From assembly GCF_009914755.1 (NCBI RefSeq), contig NC_060928.1: a DNA stretch of 64,000 bases, one strand, 5' to 3'. The notes beneath the pieces were generated by a model. It saw only the letters and a program-made list of their open reading frames with translations, ran no database searches and was not told the origin of the DNA. Made by a program: the position numbers and the translations under genes. The DNA comes from the human T2T-CHM13v2.0 reference genome, Homo sapiens. Below, piece by piece: positions 43,220 through 56,057 of the stretch; the stretch's first letter is position 1, and each line of letters opens with the position of its first letter.

Positions 43220-43508
43220 GGCTAGGCATCGTGGCTCACACCTGTAATCCCAGCACGTTGGGAGACCGAGGCGGGCAGATCACCTGAGGTCAGGAGTTTG
43301 ACACTAGCCTGGCCAAATGGTGAAACCTCGTCTCTACTAAAAATACAAAAATTAGCTGGGCATAGTGGTGGGCACCTGTAATCTCAGGTACTCGGGAGGC
43401 TGAGGCAGGAGAACTGCTTGAGCCCAGGAGGCGGAGGTTGCAGTGAGCTGAGATGGTGACACTGCACTCCAGACTGGGCAACAGAGTAAGACTCCATCTC
43501 AAAAAAGA
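43220..43508 (+). mobile_element. AluSx/Sz
   Basis: GATCACCTGAGGTCAGGAGTT; TSD AAAATGTAG(T/A)CT. Confidence 0.92.
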
Positions 43509-44524
43509 AAAATGTAGACTTATACAGGCTGAGAAATTAGACACATTTTTCCCCACACAGACTTCAATAAACTCCAGTCACAAGTAAGTGTTGCTTCTGA
43601 CTGTTTTTGTGTTATTGACTATTGACACATATATGCGTGTGTGTGTGTTTAGGTATATATTCACTAAAATGTGATGATTTGCATTTGTTTATTAAAAAAA
43701 TAGCTTAGAAAAATTTCGTTTCTTTCTAGTACCCAGTGCTTCAGTATCCAATAAATATTTTTATCAAGAAGCTTACGAATAAGGGTATAGCTAGAAAGTT
43801 CCAGAGTACATTTTTTGAAGAAGGGGGTCTTCTAGTCTAGATTTACATTAACACAGTAACTACATGTGTGATTTCAAAGTTATTTGATTTATAACAATTT
43901 ATTTGTTCATATTGGAAAATGCAAGCATTTGCCAACAATATATATGCTTTACAACATTTTTAATACTATTGGTAAAACAACATAGAAATTATGGTATTGA
44001 AATTACTCTGTTTAGACTTTATAATCAACAGCATAAATGGGTTCTTTGGATGGGAATATAAAATGATAAAATGTTGCTATTGAGAAAACGCTAAGAATTC
44101 TCATGATACTCAGAAGAACTAAAAAGGCAAAAGATTTATAAGATCTGAAGAGAAACCAGAGCATACTCAACAGAATTAAGATAACTATTCTTAGTCATTA
44201 TTCTAGCTCAAATTGTATGTCATTTTTACCTTTTGCTAGTATTAGATCTATTTGTTTACTACAACTTTCCCTTGTTAGATGACTGAACTGAAACACCAAC
44301 CACATAGACTTGATATGTCTAGAGAGAAGAGAAAATGAAAATGAAACTTAGTTATCATTATATGGCTAACTTAGGTGGTGTTTAGTTAAGACAAAAGAAA
44401 ATCACGACTAGATACAAATGAATATTGCACCAGGAAAAAGAAATTCTGGCAAAATCGCTTTGACTTGACAATTTTGTGATGAGAAAATCACATACATTAA
44501 CATGTAATAATGTATATGATAATA

Positions 44525-44720
44525 TTTATTTATTGTCACCTTATTCAAATACTGTTCTAAGTATTTAATGCTGATGACAACACTTTGATTCATGAATCAT
44601 TACCTCCATTTTATAAAGGAAAAAAAAAAACCCTGATGGACAGATAAACTACCCAGAGTCAAACAGATACTTTCCAAGTGGAGTCAGGATTTGAAACCAG
44701 ACAATTTGACTCCTCAGGCT
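44525..44720 (-). mobile_element. MIR
   Basis: ttacctccattttataaagga...ggagtcaggatttgaaaccagacaatttgactcc. Confidence 0.6.
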
Positions 44721-44745
44721 AATAAATATTTGATTTCATATAAAT

Positions 44746-44961
44746 CAATGCTTCTCAACCTCAGTACTATTGACATATTGGACTGGGTAATTCTTTGTTG
44801 TGGGGAACTATCCTGTACACTGTGGGATATTTAACAGTGTCCTTAGACTGTACCCACTAGATGCTAGCAGCTCCCCAAACCCCTCATTGTGCTAACCTAA
44901 CATGCTTCATGTATTGCCAATGTTCCTTGGAAGCAAAAAGCGCCCCCAAATGAGCAATGAT
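44746..44961. mobile_element. MER20 (hAT-Charlie) DNA transposon
   Basis: ttctcaacctcagtactattgacatattggactgggtaattctttgttgtgggg...tacccactagatgc. Confidence 0.85.
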
Positions 44962-45069
44962 AATATAGACCTATCTGTTCTACATTTACAGTCATTTTAT
45001 CATAATTTAAAATAAGATGCCATATCAATGGGCTTGATCAGAGAATATAAAAATGGATGCAATTAATGA

Positions 45070-45379
<310 letters not shown>

Positions 45380-45663
45380 TTTTTTTTTTTTTTTTTAATA
45401 CTTAAGTTCTGGGATACATGCATGCAGGTTACATAGGTATACATGTGCCATGGTGGTTTGTGGCACCCATCAACCTGTCATCTACATTAGGTATTTCTCC
45501 TAATATTATCTCTTCCCTTGCCCCCACCCCCCAACATGTCCCAGTGTGTGATGTTCCCCCCCCCCCGTGCCCATATGTTCTCATTGTTCGACTCCCATTT
45601 ATGAATGAGAGCATGTGGTCTTTGGCCTTCTGTTTCTGTGTTAGTTTGCTGAGAAAGATCCCA

Positions 45664-48600
45664 TTATCCATTTCCCTGGGAAGGACATGAACCATTCTTT
45701 TTTATGGCTGCATAGTATTCCATGGTGTATATGTGCCACATTTTCTTTATCCAGTCTATCATTGATGGGAATTTGAGTTGGTTCCAAGTCTTTGCCATTG
45801 TGAATAGTGCTGCAATAAACATACGTGTGCATGTCTCTTTATAGTAGAATGATTTATAATCCCGTGGGTGCATACCCAGTAATGGGGATTGCTGGGTCAA
45901 ATGGTATTTCTAGTTCTAGATCCATGAGGAATCATCACACTGTCTTTTACAATGGTTGAACTAATTGACACTCCCAAAACAGTGTAAAAGCATTCCTATT
46001 TCTCCAGATCTTCTCCAAAATCTGTTGTTTCCTAACTTTTTAATGATCATCATTCTAACTGGCATGAGATGGTATCTCATTGTGGTTTTGATTTGCATTT
46101 CTCTAATGACCAGTGATGATGAGCCATTTTTCGTATGTTTCTTGGCCACATAAATGTCTTCTTTTGAGAAGTGTGTGTTCATATCCTTTGCCCACTTTTT
46201 GGTGGTGTTTTTTTTTTCTTGTAAATTTGTTTAAGTTCCTTGTAGATTCTGGATATTAGCCCTTCATCAGATGGATAGATTGCAAAGATGTTCTCCTATT
46301 CTGTAGGTGCCTGTTCACTCTGATGATAGTTTATTTTGCTGTGCAGAAGCTCTTTAGTTTAATTAGATCTCATTTTTCAATTTTGGCTTCAAGTTGCCAT
46401 TGCTTTTGGTGCTTTAGTCATTAAGCCTTTGCCCACACTTATGTCGTGAATGGTATTGCCTGTTTTCTTCTAGAATTTTTATGGTTTTTGGTCTTACATT
46501 TAAATCTTTAATCCATCTTGAGTTTATTTTTGTATAAGGTGGAAGGAAGAGGTCCAGTTTCAGTTTTCTGCATATGGCTAGCCAGTTTTCCCAACACCAC
46601 TTATTAAATAGGGAACCCTTTCCCCACTGCTTGTTTTTGTCAGGTTTCTTGAAGATCAGATGGTTGTAGATCTGTGGTGTTATTTCTGAGGCCTCTGCTC
46701 TGTTCCATTGGTCTATGTATCTGTTTTGGTACCAGTACCATGCTGTTTCGGTTACTGTAGCCTTGTAGTATAGTTTGAAGTCAGGTAGCGTGATGCCTCC
46801 AGCTTTGTTCTTTTTGCTTAGGATTGTCTTGGCTATACAGGCTCTTTTTTGGTTCCATATAAAATTTAACATAGTTTTTTCGAATTCTGTGAAGAAAGTC
46901 AATGGTAGCTTGATGGGAATAGCATTGAATCTATAAATTACTTTGGGATATATGGCCATTATCATGATATTGAATCTTCCCATCCATGAGCATGGAATGT
47001 TTTTCCGTTTGTTTGTGTCCTCTCTTATTTCCTTGAGCAGTGGTTTGTAGTTACCCTGGAAGAGGTCCTTCACATCCATTGCAAGTTGTATTCCTAGGTA
47101 TTTTATTATCTTTGTAGCACTTGTGAATGGGAGTTCACTCATTATTTGGCTTTCTGTTTGTCTATTATTGGTGTATGGGAATTCTTGTGATTTTTGCACA
47201 TCAATTTTGTATCCTGAAAATTTGCTGAAGTTGCTTATCAGCTTAAGAAGTTTTGGGGCTGATACAATGGGGTTTTCTAAATATACAATCATGTCATCTG
47301 CAAATAGAGATAATTTGACTTCCTCTCTTCCTCTTTGAATACATTTTATTTCTTTCTCTTGCCTGATTGCCCTGGCCATAACTTCCAATACTGTGTTGAA
47401 GAGGAGTGGTGAGAGAGGGTATCCTTGTCTTGATCCGGTTTTCAAAGGGAATGCTTCCAGCTTTTGCGCATTCAGTATGATATTGGCCATGGGTTTGTCA
47501 TAAATAGCTCTTATTATCAATACCTAGTTTATTGAGTGTTTTTAGCATGAAGGGGTGTTGAATTTTATTGAATGCCTTTTCTGCATCTATTGAGATAATC
47601 ATGTGATTTTCGTCATTGGTTTTGTTTATGTGATGGATTACGTTGATTGATTTGCATATGTTAAACCAGCCTTGCATCACAGGGATGAGGCTGACTTGAT
47701 CATGGTGGACAAGCTTTTTAATGTGCTGCTGGATTCGGTTTGCTAGTATTTTTACTGAGGATTTTCACATCGATGTTCATCAGAGATATTGGCCCCAAAT
47801 TTTCTTTTTTTATTGTGTCTCTGCCAGGTTTTGGTAGCAGGATGATGCTGGCCTCATAAAAAGAGTTAGGGAGGAGTTCCTCTTTTTCTATTGCTTGAAA
47901 TAATTTCAGAAGGAATGGTACCAGCTCTTCTTTGTACTGGTAGAATTTGGCCTGAAATTTTATTTTTCTGTTGTGTCTCTGCCAGGTTTTCGTATCAGGA
48001 CGATGCTGGCCTCATCCAAAGAGTTAGCGAGGAGTCCCTCTTTTTCTATTACTTGGAATAGTTTTAGAAGAAATTCTACTAGCTCTTGTTTGTACCTCTG
48101 GTAGAATTCGGCTGTGAATCCATCTGGTCTTGGGCTTTCTTTGATTGGTAGGCTATTAATTACTGCCCAATTTTAGAACTTGTTATTGGTCTATTCAGGG
48201 ATTTGACTTCTTCCTGGTTTAGTCTTGGGAGGGTGTATGTGTCGAGGAATTTATTCATTTCTTCTGGATTTTCTGATTTATTTGCATAGAAGTGTTTATA
48301 GTATTCTCTGATCATAGTTTGTATTTCTGTGGGATCAGTGGTGATATCGCCTTTATCATTTTTTATTGTGTCTATTTGATTCTTTGCGCTTTTTTATTAA
48401 TCTGGCTAGTGGTCTATCTATTTTGTTAATCTTTTCAAAAAAACAGCTCCTGGATTCATTGATTTTTGAAGGGTTTTTTGCGTATCTCCTTTAGTTCTGC
48501 TCCGATCTTAGTTATGTCTTGTCTTCTGCTAGCTTTTGAATTTGTTTGCTCTTTCTTCTCTATTTCTTTTAATTTTGATGTTAGGGTGTTGATTTCAGAT

Positions 48601-49516
48601 CTTTCTTGCTTTCTCCTGTGGGCATTTAGTGCTATAAATTTCCCTCTAAACACTGCTCTAGCTGTGTCCCAGAAATTCTAGGACATTGGTTCTTTGTTCT
48701 CATTGGTTTCAAAGAACTTCTTGATTTCTGCCTTAATTTCATTATTTACCCAGTAGTCATTCAGGGGCAGCTTGTTCAGTTTCCATGTAGTTGTGCAGTT
48801 TTGAATGAGTTTCTTAATCCTCAATTATAATGTGATTGCACTGTCTTAGAGACTGTTTGTTATGATTTCCATTCTTTCATATTTGCTGAAGAGTGTTTTA
48901 CTTGCAATTATGTGGTCAATTTTAGAATAAGTGCGAGGTGCTGAGAAGAATGTATATTCTCTTGATTTGTAGTGGAGAGTTCTGTAGACATCGATTAGGT
49001 CTGCTTGGTCCAGAGCTGAGTTCAGGTCCTGAATATCCTTGTTAATTTTTTCTGTCTCATTGGTCTGTATAATATTGACAATGGGGTGTTAAAGTCTCCC
49101 ACTATTATTGTGTGGGAGTCTAAGTCTCTAAGGACTTGCTTTATGAATCTGGGTATTCCTGTATTGGATGCATATATACTTAGGACAGTTAGCTCTTCTT
49201 GCTGCATTCATCCCTTTACCATTATGTAATGCCCTTCTTTGTCTTTTTTGATCTTTGTTGGTTTAAAGTCTGTTTTATCAGAAGCTAAGATTGCAACCCC
49301 TGCTTCTTTTTGCTTTCCATTTGCTTGGTAAATATTCCTCCATCCCTTTATTTTGAGCCTATGTGTGTCTTTGCATGTGAGATGGGTCTCCTGAATACAG
49401 CACACCAATGGGTCTTGACACTTTCTCCAATTTGCCAGTCTGTGTCTTTTAATTGGGGCATTTAGACCATTTACATTTAAGGTTAATATTGTTATGTGTG
49501 AATTTGATCCTGTCAT
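45664..49516 (-). pseudogene. L1 ORF2 (endonuclease/reverse transcriptase), disrupted
   Basis: Fragments MTGSNSHITILTLNVNGLN (EN), [13 protein letters not shown] (RT) and TCTRMFIAALFT lie in different frames; the longest piece is 368 aa. Confidence 0.95.
47791..48109. repeat. ~160-bp tandem duplication within L1 ORF2
   Basis: Copies at 47791-47948 and 47949-48109 (ggcc..aaatttt..ttgtgtctctgccaggtttt...ctggtagaatt). Confidence 0.92.
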
Positions 49517-49579
49517 TATGATGTTAGCTGGTTATTTTGCCCATTAGTTGATGCACTTTCTTCATAGTGTCGATGATCT

Positions 49580-50600
49580 TTACATTTTGGTATGTTTTTG
49601 CAGTGGCTGGTACTGGTTTTTCCTTTCCATATTTAGTGCTTGTTTCAGGAGCTCTTGTAAGGCAGGCCAGGTGGTGACAAAATCCCTCAGCATTTGCTTG
49701 TCTGTAAAGGATTTTATTTCTCTTTCACTTACGAAGCTTAGTTTGTTTGGATATAAAATTCTGGGTTGAAAATTCTTTTCTGTAAGTGTGTTGAATGTTG
49801 GTCCCTACACTCTTTGGGCTCATAGGGTTTCTGCAGAGAGATTCGCTGTTAGTCTGACGGGCTTCCCTTTGTGGGTAAACCAACCTTTCCCCCGGTTGCC
49901 CTTAACATTTTTTCCTTCATTTCAACTTTGGTGAATCTGATATTATGTGTCTTGGGCTTGCTTTTCTCAAGGTGCATCTTTGTGGTTTTCTCTGAATTTC
50001 CTGAATTTGAATGTTGGCTTGTCTTGCTTGGTTGGGGAAGTTCTCCTGGATAATATCCTGAAGAGTATTTTCCAACTTGGTTTAATTCTCCCCATCACTT
50101 TCATGTACACCAATCAAACGCAGATTTGGTCTCTTCACATAGTCCCATATTTCTTGGAGGCTTTGTTTGTTCCTTTCTATTTTGTTTTCTCTGATCTTGT
50201 CTTCATGCTTTATTTCATTAGGTAGATCTTCAATCTCTGATATCCTTTCTTCTGCTTGGTCGATTCAGCTGTTGATACTTGTGTATGCTTCAATAAGTTC
50301 TCACGCAGTGTTTTTCAGCTCCATCATGTTATTTATGTTCTTTTCCAAGCTGATTATTCTAGTTAGCAGCTCCTGTAAACTTTTATCAAGGTTCTTAGCT
50401 TCTGTGCATTGGATTAAAACATGCTCCTTCAGCTCAGAGGAGTTCATTATTACCCACCTTCTGAAGCCTACTTCTGTCAATTTATCAAACTCATTCTCTG
50501 TCCAGTCTTGCTCCCTTGCTGGCCAGGAGTTGTGATCCTTTGGAAGAGAAGAGGTGTTCTGGTTTTTGAAATTCCCAGCCTTTTTGCTGGTTTTTCTCAT
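49580..50600 (-). pseudogene. L1 ORF1, disrupted
   Basis: MRKTSKKAGNFKNQN...EQDWTENEFDKLTEVGFRRWVI; the reading frame breaks after 99 aa. Confidence 0.92.
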
Positions 50601-50771
50601 CTTCGTGTATTTGCCTACCTTCGGTCTTTGATATAGGTGACCTTCAGATTGGGTTTTTGCATAGTCATCCTTTTTATTGATGTTGATGCAATTGCTTCCT
50701 ATTTGTTAGTTTTCCAACAGTCGGGCCCCTCTTCTGCAGGTCTGCTGGAGTTTGCTGGAGGTCCACTCCAG

Positions 50772-50916
50772 ACCCTGGGTATCACCAGTGGAGTGATACC
50801 CAGGGTATCACCTGGGTATCACCAGTAGAGTGATACCCAGGGTATCACCTGGGTATCACTTTTGCCTGGGTAGCACCAGTGGAGGCTGTTTGCCAGGGTA
50901 TCACCAGTGGAGCCTG
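50772..50916. repeat. Direct and inverted micro-array of CCTGGGTATCAC in the L1 5'UTR
   Basis: 37-bp unit x2 (50774-50847), a partial copy, then a 28-bp unit x2 (50861-50916); 14-bp perfect stem at 50772-50785 / 50793-50806. Confidence 0.95.
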
Positions 50917-52236
50917 CAGGTCAGCAAAGGTTGCTGCCTGCTCCTTCCTCTGGAAGCTTCATCCTAGAGTGGGGCCTGCCAGATGCCAGCCAGAGCTCTC
51001 CTGTATGAGGTGTCTCTTGACCCCTGCTGGGAGGTGTCGCGTCATCAGGAGGCACGGGGGTCAGGAACCTACTTGAGGAGGCAGTCTGTCCCTTAGCAAA
51101 ACTCAAGTGCTGTGCTGGGAGGTCTGGTGCTTTCTTCAGAGCTGGCAGGCAGGGATGTTTAAGTGTGCTGAAGCTGTACCCATAGCCACCCTTTCCCCCA
51201 AGTGCTCTGTCCCAGGGAGAGGGGAGTTTTATCTATAAGCCCCTGACTGGGGCTGCTGCCTTTCTTTCAGAGATGCCCTGCCCAGAAAGGAGGAATCTAG
51301 AGAGGCAGTCTGGCTACAGTGGCTTTGCCAAGCTGCAGTGGGCTCCGCCCAGTTCAAACATCCAGGAGGCTTTGTCTACACTGTGAAGCCTCAGTAATGG
51401 CGGACACCCTTCCCCCAACCAAGCTCGAGTGTCCCAGGTCAACTTTAGACAGCTGTGCTGGCAGGGAGAATTTCAAGCCAGTGGATCTTAGCTTGTTGGG
51501 CTCCATGTAGGTGAGATAGGCCGAGCTAGACCATTTGGCTGCCTGGATTCAACCCCCTTTCTAGGGGAGTGAACAGTTCTGTCTCGCTGGCATTCCAGGT
51601 GCCACTGGGGTATGAAAAAACCTTCTGCAGCTAGCTAAGGGTCTACCCAAATGGCTGCCCAGTTTTGTCCTTGTAATCCAGGGCACTGGTGGGGTAGGCA
51701 GCCGAGGGAATCTCCCGGTCTGCGAGTCATGAAGACCATGGGAAAAGCATAGTACCTGGGCTGGAATGCACCATGCCTCACGGCACAGTCCCTCACAGCT
51801 TCCCTTGGCTAGGGAAAGGAGTTCCCTGACTGCTGGCACTTCCTGGGTGAGGTGATGCCCCACTCTGCTTCTGCTTGCCCTCCGTGGCCTGCACCCACTC
51901 TCTAACCAGTCCCAATCAGATGAGCCAAGTACCTCAGTTGGAAATGCAGAAATGACCCACCTTCTGTGTTGGTCTCACTGGGAGCTGCTGACTGGAGCTC
52001 TTCCTATTTGGCCATCTTGCCTGGGAGTCCATATATCACATTCTTATGTTTAAAATGTCAGTAAGGGACAAAATGAAGGTAATAGATAAGAAACCAATTT
52101 CAAAGTGCTATTATATATATTTTAAAGGAAGCTGATTCTATACACACGGAAGAGGAAAACTTAAGGAAGACAAATACAGTCAGAAAACCTTCAGCTGGTG
52201 CATTAGAGAAATGTAGTGATAAAAAAGAAACACTGG

Positions 52237-52378
52237 GGCTGGGCATGGTAGCTCTTACCTGTAATCCTAGCACTCTGGGAGCCTGAGGCAAGAGGAACAC
52301 TTGGGGCCAAGAGTTCAAGAAAAACCTGGGCAACATAGTGAGACCCCATCTCATTAAAACAAAAACAAAAACAAAAAA
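52237..52378 (+). mobile_element. FLAM_C / free left Alu monomer
   Basis: Left monomer with an (AAAAAC)n tail. Confidence 0.85.
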
Positions 52379-52719
52379 TGATAAATCTAAGCGACTTGCC
52401 TAAACGTCATACAAGTCAGGAGAACCAAAGTTGACTGGAGAATGCATACCAACACTACGTTCATTCACATTTAATTCTTTAAAAAAATTCAGCTAATTGT
52501 TTTTTTGCAAAGAATATTCTTAATGACACTAATTTTTGAGATATGAAGTTGTGGATCTGCTAGGAAGAAGAATTATGTAAATAGGCCCACATTTGTGGAA
52601 CCTGAAAGTAGTATAATGTATTTGGGCCTCAAGATTTGATGTGAAGATAAATATTTGAAGAGGTAACTCATAAAATGAATACTGGGGCCTTCTACTCTGT
52701 TGTAAGAAGGCTGAGACAT

Positions 52720-53130
52720 GTCTTAACAATGGAACATGTTACAAAGAAGGATAACATGATTAAATTTGCATTTAGAATATTCATTCTTTGAACTTTTGTA
52801 TTAGTTTGGAAGACACTGGTTGCAAGAAAGCTGTTGCAATAATTTGCCCAATACTGATCAGCAGCCTTACAGAACCAAAAATGGAATTGGGGAGCAATAA
52901 GGAAGAATTTGAACATTAATGAAGAGGTAGCAGCGGGTTTGGGCTAGAGGTAGCAAATGCATGTAAGCATTTTGTGAGTAAGTTTCTAAATCTGCTCTCA
53001 CAGTTCTTATTTTAGAAACCAGGTGGTTGGATTCATTCCTAGTAGATATATAGGGGGACGAGTAAAGAAGGAGGGATGCATGATGAGTTCACAGATAGCT
53101 AGGTGTGGATACCAAAAATGTTTATCAGGT
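52720..53130 (-). mobile_element. L2 fragment
   Basis: ataacatgattaaatttgcatttagaa...aagctgttgcaataat resembles antisense L2. Confidence 0.45.
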
Positions 53131-53612
53131 AAAGGTTTAATTGTAGCCCTCATTTTATCTTATTGCGATGTAAAAGCAAATTGGCTTTAGTGTTTAAGTT
53201 TAAGCAATTTCCAGCATTAGTTTGGCACCAGCTTTTCCTGTTGGCACCCTTTAAATTTGCCCTGGCTTCAGTGCCAATGCTGCCAGAATGTACTTGGCAG
53301 TCTCAGGATCTAGGTGTCACATTGTTAAATGATTCTGTACCACTTTCTTTTTAAGTAAATTATTTTTGAAGCTAACTTTGCTTTCTATTTAGTGATTTAA
53401 AGAGAATTTCTGAAAATATTTTTAATAAAATGTTTATTATTTAAATTCAGCAGCTTTACTATTTTTTTGTGATGATCCTGCCCATTTCACACATCTCAGT
53501 CACACTATGTCCTGTCCACTACTCAATCCACTGAAAAGTGAGCCTTTTCAAAAACAGCACCATGTACCTGACAAGCCACTCTCTTGAAAGTATTGCTTCA
53601 GTTCTCACTGAT

Positions 53613-54030
53613 GGTATTATATTGGGTTCCCTGGAAATAGATTCTGAAGCAGGGAGTTGTGAGCAGAATGCTTATTGGGGAGCACTCTTGGAGATAGAAC
53701 TATCAGGCAGTGAAGAAGGCAGGACTAAGCAGAGTAAGGGGCTATAGCAAAGTTATTGCACCAAAGGCTTCAGCAAATCCTGCATATAGTTCTGCAGCTA
53801 AGATGGACCTTCAGAATGGTCCCAAACTTAGGCAAAAGGACCAGAACCTTGCATCTTCACATGAACCCATCTTCTGGTCACTCTTGGAAAGGTGAGTCAT
53901 CTTAAATAGAGCAGTTTCTGAGGACTAAAGTGATTTGCAGAATCAATACAGCGGTAAACAGCCAGCAACCAAGATAGTATGCTGGACAGCTGGAGAATGA
54001 TGACTTGACTTTGAATAGGGAAGACACCAC
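53613..54030 (-). mobile_element. ERVL LTR16A-like solo LTR
   Basis: ttgggttccctggaaatagattctga...ttattggggagcactctt...caaaggcttcagcaaatcc..gatggaccttcagaatggtccc. Confidence 0.65.
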
Positions 54031-55008
54031 AGAATCTGCCACTCTATTATCCACGCCATTTCCAAAGCCCTAAATCCTCCAGGAATTCTTATTGCTTGAA
54101 TTTTCATTGTCCAGTTGGAACTCTGGTCCAATTATATCTTCACCTTCATCTGTATAATCTGTAAATTAGATTCCTGTCTACTTTTTCACTTGGTAATTTT
54201 TGTTTCTTTCTGCTTATCCTGTATGTTTGAATTTAAGACTCTGAGAAAAAAGTGGCCATATCTAAATAGAACATGGTGTAGAATTACACAGAACCTTAAA
54301 CACGAATTGCTTATTAATCCTAAAAGAATTTTATAATACTAGAATATAAAAGCTTGAACAGAATGTATAGAAAGAAAAGCTTGAGAAAAATTTAAATAAC
54401 TTATGTATGTAAGCACCAAGCCTAGTCCCTGTCACAAAAAATCTATTTCCTTTATTTGATGTCTTTTCTAACGTGACTCAAAACAAAACTGAGTTAAGTT
54501 ACATTACCTATTTAACTAGTTAAAACTAGTTTTGTATTCTTTTCATTGCATAGCAATGAAAATAATAATTGATATGTCAAATATTAAGTGTAAGTATAAT
54601 AAATGTTGAGTACTAAGTAGCAAATATTAAGTATAATGGTCAGAATCCTGAGCATATTGTAGTAGATAGTTTCAGGTGAAAAATATGTGTTCTTTTTCTC
54701 CCAGAGAGAAAGTACTCAGTGTTTCACCAATAAGTATCATGTTAGCAGTAAGTTTTTCATAGATGTACTTTAGCAGTTTGAGAAATTGTCTTTGTATTTA
54801 TAGTTGCCTGAGAGTTTTTATTTTGACTGCACATTAAAGTTTTTCAAGTACTTTTACTGCATATTCTGAGATAATCGTATGATTTTTATTTTCTAGTTTA
54901 TATTGTGAATTACACTGAATTCAAATTTTAAACCTTGCATTCCTAGGCTGAATCTGGTCATAATACAGAATACTCTTTTAAAAAACTGTTGTATTAAATT
55001 TGCTAAAA

Positions 55009-55330
55009 GGCTGGGCTTAGTGTCTCATGCCTGTAATCCAAGAACTTTGGGAGACCAAGGCAGGTGGATCACTTGAGGCCAGGGAGTTCCAGACCAGCCT
55101 GGCCAACATGGTGAAACTCCATCTCTACTAAAATACAAAAATTAGCCAAGCATAGTGGCGCACGCCTGTAATCAAAGCAACTCAGGAGGCTAAGGCATGA
55201 AAATTGCTTGAATCTGGGAGGTGGAGGTTGCAGTGAGCTGAGATCACGCACTCTAGTCTGAGTGATAGAACTAGATTCTGTCTCAAAAAAAAAAAAAAAA
55301 GAAAAAGAAAAAAAGAAGAGGAAAGAAAAA
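55009..55330 (+). mobile_element. AluS (Sz-like)
   Basis: GGATCACTTGAGGCCAGG..CCAGCCTGGCCAACATGGTG; A-rich tail. Confidence 0.9.
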
Positions 55331-55865
55331 TTGTTAAACTAAACATAGTTTAGTTTGAGAATTTTTGCATCTGTATGCATAAGGTGAGAAGTGTTTGCTG
55401 CTCTTTTATTTTCTGAATGTCTTTCTTAAAAACTGTTAAATATTTCTTTTTTAAATATTTGATGGAGCTCATTATTCAGTACACCTGGGCCTGGAGTTCT
55501 CTTTGTGGAAATATTTTAAACTACTAATGTAAATATGTGAATGACTATCCTATTTCTTCTTGAGTGAGCTTTGATAGTGGTGTCTTTTAAGAAGTTTTTC
55601 TATTTAATCTAACTTACCAAAGTTATACTTTTAATGTATATAGGCTCTATAGTGATGTTTGTACTTTCTCTATTAATATTGGAAATTTGCATTTTTCTCA
55701 TTTTTCTTATTCAGATAAACCATAAGTTTATCAATTTTATTGATCTTAAAACCTACACGTCATTTAGTTCATTTTTCTATCTTTTATTTCATTAATTTCC
55801 ACTTTCATATTCCTTATTTTGTTTCTTGTGCTTTTCATAAACTCACATTGCTTTGTCTTCTTTAG

Positions 55866-56057
55866 TTTTTTTTTTTTTTTTTTGAAACAAAGTCTCACTC
55901 TGTTGCCCAGGCTGGAGTGCAGTGGCACGATCTGGGCTCACAAGCTCTGCCTCCCAGGTTCATGCCATTCTCCTGCCTCAGCCTCCCAAGTAGCTGGGAC
56001 TTACAGGTGCCTGCCACCACACCCATCTAGTTTTTTTTGTTTTTGTTTTTGTTTTTT
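55866..56057 (-). mobile_element. 5'-truncated AluY-like (right arm plus linker)
   Basis: CAAGCTCTGCC..TTCATGCCATTCTCC; left arm absent. Confidence 0.85.

Larger units (their letters stand above)
45380..52030 (-). mobile_element. Full-length L1PA7/8-type LINE-1, inactive
   Basis: Intact 5'UTR start (..GGCAAGATGGCCAAATAGGAAGAGCTCC), ORF1, ORF2, 3'UTR and poly(A). TSD ATATATCACATTCTT at 45087-45101 and 52031-52045. Confidence 0.96.

Noticed and set aside
46414-47520. 368-aa reverse transcriptase ORF as a novel or domesticated RT gene
   Set aside because: It is simply the longest surviving piece of a disrupted L1 ORF2; the N-terminal RT motifs and the endonuclease are in other frames.
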